Source of the DNA: Vicinamibacteria bacterium
GTDB taxonomy: Bacteria > Acidobacteriota > Vicinamibacteria > Marinacidobacterales > Marinacidobacteraceae
Assembly (NCBI GenBank): GCA_963668695.2
Contig: CAXXLQ010000004.1
Location: 2,304,001 to 2,368,000 of the forward strand
Length of the DNA: 64,000 nt
Direction of reading: 5' to 3'
In this document: positions 58,363-64,000 of the stretch, in pieces
Position numbering within the stretch: the first letter of the stretch is position 1
Layout of the letters: each line of letters opens with the position of its first letter
Program-made: the position numbers and the translations under genes
Notes under the pieces: generated by a model
Databases searched by the model: none
The model's input: only the letters and a program-made list of their open reading frames with translations
What the model was told of the DNA's origin: nothing

Positions 58363-59781
58363 TCAAATCGATTTCGACGCGGTGCGAGTTTTCGTGAGGG
58401 AGCAGGCTTGGGACGCGGGTTTCGCCGGGTGCGCCCTGATCCCGGGCAGGCGTTCCAATAGCACGAGGGAGACGGCTTCCCAGTCCTGCTCGCTGCGGGC
58501 ACGCCAACGATCCGCACCACGTCGGTGAGCCCGGCGTCCAGCGACTGGAGCGCCCCCTCTGCCCGGTCGAGGGCGAAATGGGTCTGCGCCCGAACATCGT
58601 CGCCACCCATGACCCGGCCACGATGGGTGGGGATCACTCCGGTGATCCGGATGCGGTCCCCAGTGCGGACCGCCTCCCCGAATCCGGCCTCCGGCCGCCA
58701 ACTCCAGTCCCCGCGCCGTTCGCCGCGCCGCGTAAGGCGCCGGGAAATGGGTCACGTGGTGGTGCAGATCCCCCGAGGCGGTGAGGTAGGGGGGACGCCG
58801 GTATTCGTCGCCGCAGTCTCCCGGGATGGGGTCGAGACCAGCCTGAACCTCGGTCAGCTCCGCCAGCGAACGTTCGTCGAGGGAGAAATCGAAGAGGCGC
58901 AGGTTGTCCTCCAGATGGCTCCGTTCTCCGGGCCTGGCCCCCACGATCACCCCGGCCACCCCGGGTTGTTCCAGCACGTAGCGGGCGGCGACATTCGCGA
59001 CGGACACCCCGTAGCGGTCCGCGACCCGCCGGGCGGCGCGCAGCACCCCCTGGAAGCGCTCCCAACCGCCGGCTTCCTCGATGAAGCGGCGGTACTTCAT
59101 CTGCGACCAGGTGAGCGACTCGGAGATCGGCGGCGCCGGGGCCCCGAGCCAGCGGTCACTCAGGAGCCCTCCGGCCAAGGTCCCATAGACGATGAGCCGA
59201 ACCCCATGCGTCCGGCAAACGTCCGTCATGCGCCCCGCCGGCCGGCGGTCGAGCAGCGAGTAACAGACCTGGTTCGAGACGATGGGGATACCGCTGCGGA
59301 GCGCCAGGTCGAGATGCACGGCATCGAAGTTTGTGACTCCGAGGTGCTGGATCCTCCCGGCAGCCTGTATTGCCATCAGGTGAAACAGGCAGTCCCACCA
59401 ACCGGGGTCGGGATAGCTCCAGGCGTGGAACTGAAGCAGATCGAGCCGATCGGTCCCGATGCGGTCGAGCGAGCGACGGATCGCGGTCTGGACCTCCTGC
59501 CGCGATGCAACTCCAGGTTCGGGCACCCACTTCGTGAGTACCTGGACCTCCGGGTGCCGTTTGCGGAGCGAACCGGCAATGAGCTCCGCGGAGCCGTAGT
59601 GATCGGCCACATCGAAGGTGGTGAACCCGGCGTCCACCGCCGGTTCGAGCGCCCGCGCCGCTCCTGCGCTCTCGAGCGAAACCCCGTCCCGCTCCTGGTC
59701 GGCGACCTGCCAGAGCCCGGTCAGCACGCGGCAAACCTCGAGCCCCGGTCCAAGCCGGGTCCGTTCCACCGGCCGGCTCAC
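58363..59781 (-). CDS. Aldo/keto reductase with a frameshift-damaged C-terminal RidA/YjgF domain
   Basis: GLWQVAD, TFDVADHYGSAE, TKWVP, LDLLQFHAW, LGVTNFD, SNQVCYSLLD; GTGA overlap with the permease stop. Confidence 0.85.
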   Translation of the reverse strand: MSRPVERTRLGPGLEVCRVLTGLWQVADQERDGVSLESAGAARALEPAVDAGFTTFDVADHYGSAELIAGSLRKRHPEVQVLTKWVPEPGVASRQEVQTAIRRSLDRIGTDRLDLLQFHAWSYPDPGWWDCLFHLMAIQAAGRIQHLGVTNFDAVHLDLALRSGIPIVSNQVCYSLLDRRPAGRMTDVCRTHGVRLIVYGTLAGGLLSDRWLGAPAPPISESLTWSQMKYRRFIEEAGGWERFQGVLRAARRVADRYGVSVANVAARYVLEQPGVAGVIVGARPGERSHLEDNLRLFDFSLDERSLAELTEVQAGLDPIPGDCGDEYRRPPYLTASGDLHHHVTHFPAPYAARRTARGLELAAGGRIRGGGPHWGPHPDHRSDPHPSWPGHGWRRCSGADPFRPRPGRGGAPVAGRRAHRRGADRWRARSEQDWEAVSLVLLERLPGIRAHPAKPASQACSLTKTRTASKSI

Positions 59782-61283
59782 CCGGGCGGCAGTTCCCGGA
59801 AGAGGCGCTCGGTGTCCACCCCGGCCCGCCGGAGCCGCGCCATCTCGCGCAGGTAGATCAGCGAGGCCACTCCCATCACCAGCACCCACAGCCAGGTCGA
59901 GTGGAAGTACCAGGCGGCGGTTTCGGTGGACAGATCCTTGACGATATGGAGGACGAGGAAGAGCCCCAGGATCATCGCTCCCCCGCCACCGACGAGGCGC
60001 TGTGCGGTCCGTCCCAGCACCTTCACCTCACGGGCGAGCCCCGGGTTGCGGCGCGGCAGGGTCACCAGCGAGAGACAGATGAGCCCGAAGTTCACGAGCA
60101 TCGAGGTGACGAGGATGTCGATCCCCAGAAAGAAGTCGCCCGCGAGGTGGCTCCCGAGGATGCCCACCGTGGCCATCACCCCACTCAGCAGGATCGCGAT
60201 CCAAGGGGTGTGAAAGCGCTGGTGGACCGCAGCCACTCCCTTCGGGAAGATGCCGTCCTCCGCCCAGGCGAACATCATGCGGGAGACGGCGAGCAGCATT
60301 GCCGGGAGGTCGTTGATGAGGGCGACGGCAGCCCCGGCCAGGATCGCCGCGGTGCCCGCGGCCGGGAGCAGATAGCCGAGAAGTCCGGGCGCGGTCACGT
60401 CGCGCAGCGCCGCCTCTTCGGCGATGAAGCTCCACGGCACCGCGTGGTACATCGCGGCGGTGAACAGGAAGTAGAAGCCGCCGACCGAGGCGATCGCGAT
60501 TCCGATGGCCAGGGGTATGTTGCGGCTGGGGTTTTTCGCCTCGCCACCGGCCTGAGCGATGGAATCGAAACCGATGAAGGTAGAAAAGAGCACGACGGCC
60601 GCCGCCACGAACGGGACAAGTTGCCATGGAGTTGTGGCTGTCTCCGGAACGGACCGGCCTTCAGTCGCCATGAGCGCCGCGGCGAAGTCCCCGTGATCGA
60701 AGGCGAAGCCGCTGACGATGACCACCCCGCCCAGCACGAACATCAGGAACATCATGGGGACCAGGGTGCGTTCGTAGAGCTTCAGGCCGCGCAAATTGAC
60801 CAGCACGAAGGTCCAGAGGAAGGCGATCGAGATGCCCACGCGTACCGGCCCCCGCTCGAGCGCCGCGGCGATCCCCGGGAAGGAGAGCGCCCCAGCGATG
60901 TCGCGCAGGAAGGGGACCAGCAGATAGGACACCACCCCGATCGCGATCGAGAGGCCGAACCACTGCGAGAAGCTGGCGATGAAGCCCCACCAGGGACTCA
61001 GCGCCCGGCTCGCGTACACGTAGCTGCCTCCCGCCCGGGGCATCGCCGATCCCAGACTGGCATACGCGAGCGCCGCGAGGACCGCGGGCACCGCCGCCAA
61101 GACATAGGCCGGCAGGACGTAGGGGCCGATTTCCGGGAGGCCCCTCAGCAGCATGAAGGGCATCACGTTGATCGCGGCGCCCAGCATCGAGCAGATCCCG
61201 GTCGCGGCCAGACCCATGAGGCCGAGATTCCGGGCGAGCCCCGCGCCGGAGCCGGGATTCCGGGCGCCGGGGGGCGAAATCAT
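59778..61283 (-). CDS. APC-family amino acid permease
   Basis: LARNLGL, YASLGSAMPRAGGSYVY, FIGFDSIAQAGGEAKNP.RN, about 12 TM segments. Confidence 0.92.
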   Translation of the reverse strand: MISPPGARNPGSGAGLARNLGLMGLAATGICSMLGAAINVMPFMLLRGLPEIGPYVLPAYVLAAVPAVLAALAYASLGSAMPRAGGSYVYASRALSPWWGFIASFSQWFGLSIAIGVVSYLLVPFLRDIAGALSFPGIAAALERGPVRVGISIAFLWTFVLVNLRGLKLYERTLVPMMFLMFVLGGVVIVSGFAFDHGDFAAALMATEGRSVPETATTPWQLVPFVAAAVVLFSTFIGFDSIAQAGGEAKNPSRNIPLAIGIAIASVGGFYFLFTAAMYHAVPWSFIAEEAALRDVTAPGLLGYLLPAAGTAAILAGAAVALINDLPAMLLAVSRMMFAWAEDGIFPKGVAAVHQRFHTPWIAILLSGVMATVGILGSHLAGDFFLGIDILVTSMLVNFGLICLSLVTLPRRNPGLAREVKVLGRTAQRLVGGGGAMILGLFLVLHIVKDLSTETAAWYFHSTWLWVLVMGVASLIYLREMARLRRAGVDTERLFRELPPG

Positions 61284-61468
61284 GTGCGCACCTTATCGGT
61301 TGGTACACCGGACGAGCGCGCGGTGGCGCCCGATTCGGCGTGGACGTGAACCGCGAAGCAGTGAGCAGTGCCGGGTCGGGAAGTCAGAAAAAGGGCCATA
61401 TCGTGCGGAATATCTGATTTTCAGCAAATACGCTAAGCTGTCTCACACGCACGCTCAGGAGGTTGAAG

Positions 61469-61720
61469 GTGGCGCTGACGCTCGTTGTTTCCGACCGTGG
61501 CCAAATCACACTGCCCGCCCGGGTTCGCAAGCGAATGGGGATCAAGGGTGGGGACGTGATGATTCTGGAGGAACGCAACGACGAACTCGTCTTGAGACCT
61601 GGAATCGTCCTCGAGTACGAGTTCTACAGTGACGAACAGATCGCCGAGTGGGACGCTGCCGACACCCTGGGCGATCAAGAGCGGGAGCGCCTTCTTGAGG
61701 CTGTCGCGCGTCTGAAGTGA
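61469..61720 (+). CDS. AbrB/MazE-family antitoxin
   Basis: VSDRGQITLPARVRKRMGIKGGD; AGGAGG RBS. Confidence 0.88.
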   Translation: MALTLVVSDRGQITLPARVRKRMGIKGGDVMILEERNDELVLRPGIVLEYEFYSDEQIAEWDAADTLGDQERERLLEAVARLK

Positions 61721-62127
61721 GGCTCTTCCTCGACGCCAATATCCTATTCACCGCTGCGCACAATCCGCGAGGCAAAGCAGCTTTCGTCATTGAGGCAGGG
61801 AAGAACGGGCGCTGGGATCTCGTTACCAGTAGTTACGCGAGGGAGGAAGCCCGGCGCAATCTCACGAAGAAGTTCCCACCGGGCTTGGATGACTACGACG
61901 CGCTGTTTGCCGGTGTCCAAGTCGTGGGCCATCCTCCCGACCTTCCGTTTCCCGCGGCTTTGGTGGAGAAGGATCGGCCCATTTTTCAGGCCGCTCTGGC
62001 AAGTCGTTCGACCCACTTGCTGACGGGCGATATTCGGGACTTCGGTTCGTTCATGAACCGACCCGACGAGACGTTCGGGATCCTGATTCAGACGGTTGCA
62101 GAGTTCCTCGCGTCCACTGGCGCGTGA
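61717..62127 (+). CDS. PIN-domain (VapC-like) toxin
   Basis: RLFLDANILF, EEARRNL, KDRPIFQAA, HLLTGD.RDF; GTGA overlap. Confidence 0.88.
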   Translation: MRLFLDANILFTAAHNPRGKAAFVIEAGKNGRWDLVTSSYAREEARRNLTKKFPPGLDDYDALFAGVQVVGHPPDLPFPAALVEKDRPIFQAALASRSTHLLTGDIRDFGSFMNRPDETFGILIQTVAEFLASTGA

Positions 62128-62184
62128 TCCGCGCGGGCAACCCGGCGGAGATCTTGAAAGCGACCCCTCGCGTCGGGTCGTCCC

Positions 62185-64000
62185 TCAGATCAACCCGTGG
62201 AGCGGGCCGCCGGGAGCCGCGAGGGCGTCCACGCGGCGGGTGACGGCGGGGTCCTCGATGAGGGGAGGCGCGTGGTGGGGCTTGAGGCGCGCGTCGATAA
62301 CGACCGGTTCGACGCAACTCCAATGCTTGTGGCGGACGCCCGCCCGCCGGCCGTGGACATCGTGCGAAGGGTTGGACCGGGTGAAGGCGACCCAGAGGAG
62401 GCTGCGGAGGCTCTCCGCGGCGAAGTCCGGGTCGTCGCAGAGGACGACGAGCGGCATTCCGGTGAGGTCGGCGCCCGCGCGTTCCGCGGCGTCAAGCGCA
62501 TTCCACAGCGGCGCGAGATCGGCTTCCACCCGGTCGTAGGATTCGAAGCGGGCCCCCCCGAGGACGAAGACGCCCGGCAGCACGGCCCGAAGGCCGTAAA
62601 ACCCCGCGGGAAGCGCCGCGCCCACCCCGTCGGGAGCCGCTCGGGCGAGTGATCTCCTCTCGGGTCCCGCTCCGGCGATGACCAGCTTGGAGCCGGCGTT
62701 CAGGCCGCTTCCGGAATAGTCGAGAGTGTCGATCGTGGTGCGGGTCTGGAAATGAAGGTCGGAGGCGAGATCCACCCGGCGGAGGACGTGGTCGAGCATC
62801 GCCGCGATGTCGTGGGCGGCCAGCTCCGGCGCGTCCTCGCGCGCCGCGATGAAGAGGTACTTGGCGAGCGAGCACTGCCCGAAACCCAGGATGGCGTTTG
62901 CGATCGTCCACAGTTCCTGCGGCCGCCGGCCGGTAAAGGGCGAGTAGCGCTCGCTCCCGACCGCGAGCAGCAGCGGGTGCACGCCGGCCGCGTCCACCGC
63001 GTGCACGGAATGGACGCCGGGCAGCGTGGTCGGAACCATCGGCTCGGTGATCTCGTGGATGAGCCGGCCGAAGGTGGTGTCTTCCTGCGGGGGGCGGCCC
63101 ACCACCGTGAACGGCCAGATGGCTCCCTCGCGGTGGGTCACCGAGGTCACTCGCAGGACCGGGAACGGGTGGGTCAGGCTGTAGTAGCCGAGGTGGTCCC
63201 CGAAGGGACCCTCGGGGAGGGTGCGGCCCGGGTCCACCCAGCCGGTGATGGTGAAGTCGGCATCCGCCGAGACCACGAAGCCGTCGTCCCGCCGCCGCCA
63301 GCTGAAGCGCCTTCCGGCCAGCATCCCGGCGAAGAGGAGTTCGCTAAGCCCCTCCGGGAGCGGCATCACCGCGGCGAGCGTGTGGGCCGGGGGGCCCCCG
63401 ACGAAGATGCTGACCCGGAGCGGCTCCCCCCGGCGCTCGGCCGCCGTGTGGTGCACTCCGATGCCGCGATGGATCTGGTAATGCATCCCGGCCTCTTCGT
63501 CGCCGTACTCGCCCCCGGCGAGCTGGATGCGGTACATCCCGACGTTGGACGAGAGCGGGGCGCCGAAGGGGCCTCCTCCGGGAGGAACGTCGGGATCCTC
63601 GGTGAACACCTGGGGCAGGGTGATGAACGGACCCCCGTCGTCCGGCCAGGAGGTGATTCGCGGAACGTTCGAGAGGGAAATCCGGTGAGCCTGGCTCGGC
63701 GCGGCGCCAACCCGCCGGGGCAGGGAATGGATCGCGGCCGCCGCGGCGCTGAGCGGAACTGAGGGCCGCCTCCGCAGATCCGAGAAGACCTTGCCCGGCT
63801 CGGCGCGGTAACGCACGGCCGCCTTGGCGCCGTCGAGCCCGTGGCGGAGCAGGAAGCGGGCGCGCTCCATCGTTCCGAAGAGGTTCGAAACGCAGGGGAA
63901 CGCCGAGCCCTTCACCCGCTCGTAGAGGATCGCGGGCGCCCCGGCGGCGTAGGCGCGGCGCTGGATCTCGGCGACCTCGAGGTGTCCGTCCACTTCGTCC
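62185..64000 (-). CDS. UbiD-family decarboxylase (5' end beyond the window)
   Basis: SNLFGT, DGGPFITLPQV, NVGMYRIQ, PEGPFGDHLGYY, VGRPPQED, DTLDYS, GSKLVI. Confidence 0.93.
   Translation of the reverse strand, partial: DEVDGHLEVAEIQRRAYAAGAPAILYERVKGSAFPCVSNLFGTMERARFLLRHGLDGAKAAVRYRAEPGKVFSDLRRRPSVPLSAAAAAIHSLPRRVGAAPSQAHRISLSNVPRITSWPDDGGPFITLPQVFTEDPDVPPGGGPFGAPLSSNVGMYRIQLAGGEYGDEEAGMHYQIHRGIGVHHTAAERRGEPLRVSIFVGGPPAHTLAAVMPLPEGLSELLFAGMLAGRRFSWRRRDDGFVVSADADFTITGWVDPGRTLPEGPFGDHLGYYSLTHPFPVLRVTSVTHREGAIWPFTVVGRPPQEDTTFGRLIHEITEPMVPTTLPGVHSVHAVDAAGVHPLLLAVGSERYSPFTGRRPQELWTIANAILGFGQCSLAKYLFIAAREDAPELAAHDIAAMLDHVLRRVDLASDLHFQTRTTIDTLDYSGSGLNAGSKLVIAGAGPERRSLARAAPDGVGAALPAGFYGLRAVLPGVFVLGGARFESYDRVEADLAPLWNALDAAERAGADLTGMPLVVLCDDPDFAAESLRSLLWVAFTRSNPSHDVHGRRAGVRHKHWSCVEPVVIDARLKPHHAPPLIEDPAVTRRVDALAAPGGPLHGLI

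Noticed and set aside
1-64000. tRNA, rRNA, transposase, integrase, RT or phage genes
   Set aside because: I recognised no cloverleaf, rRNA signature or relevant catalytic motifs by eye. The enzymes that move the repeats must lie elsewhere, if they exist.

Overview
High-GC bacterial chromosomal window, probably Acidobacteriota (inferred from the fused LptF/LptG and the style of the HAMP-SpoIIE protein). It is mostly housekeeping genes: valS, metK, lptFG, smc, murU/amgK-like, asnS, rimO, rimP-nusA-infB-DUF503-rbfA-truB, rpsO-pnp, purC, an ECF sigma/anti-sigma/DUF5668/DUF4097 operon, nrdR, ftcD, pgpA-cinA-thpR, ribD/ribE/ribBA, efp-epmA, a VPS10/BNR hydrolase, an S66 peptidase, arsR-arsI, an AKR-RidA fusion, an APC permease, an AbrB-PIN toxin-antitoxin pair and a UbiD-family gene. 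I found no rRNA, tRNA, CRISPR array or transposase. The unusual signal is mostly non-coding. Most intergenic gaps hold a TA-flanked MITE-like element, and its end forms the stop codon of seven genes. These elements and two other repeat families are themselves hit by a 19-bp insertion (16-nt core plus a GCC duplication, both orientations, roughly 55-60 copies by hand count). Other highlights: NusA with 36 tandem decapeptide repeats, two NrdR-like boxes at the smc promoter, likely CTG/ATT start codons in truB, epmA and rimP, and a RidA domain scrambled by two compensating frameshifts.
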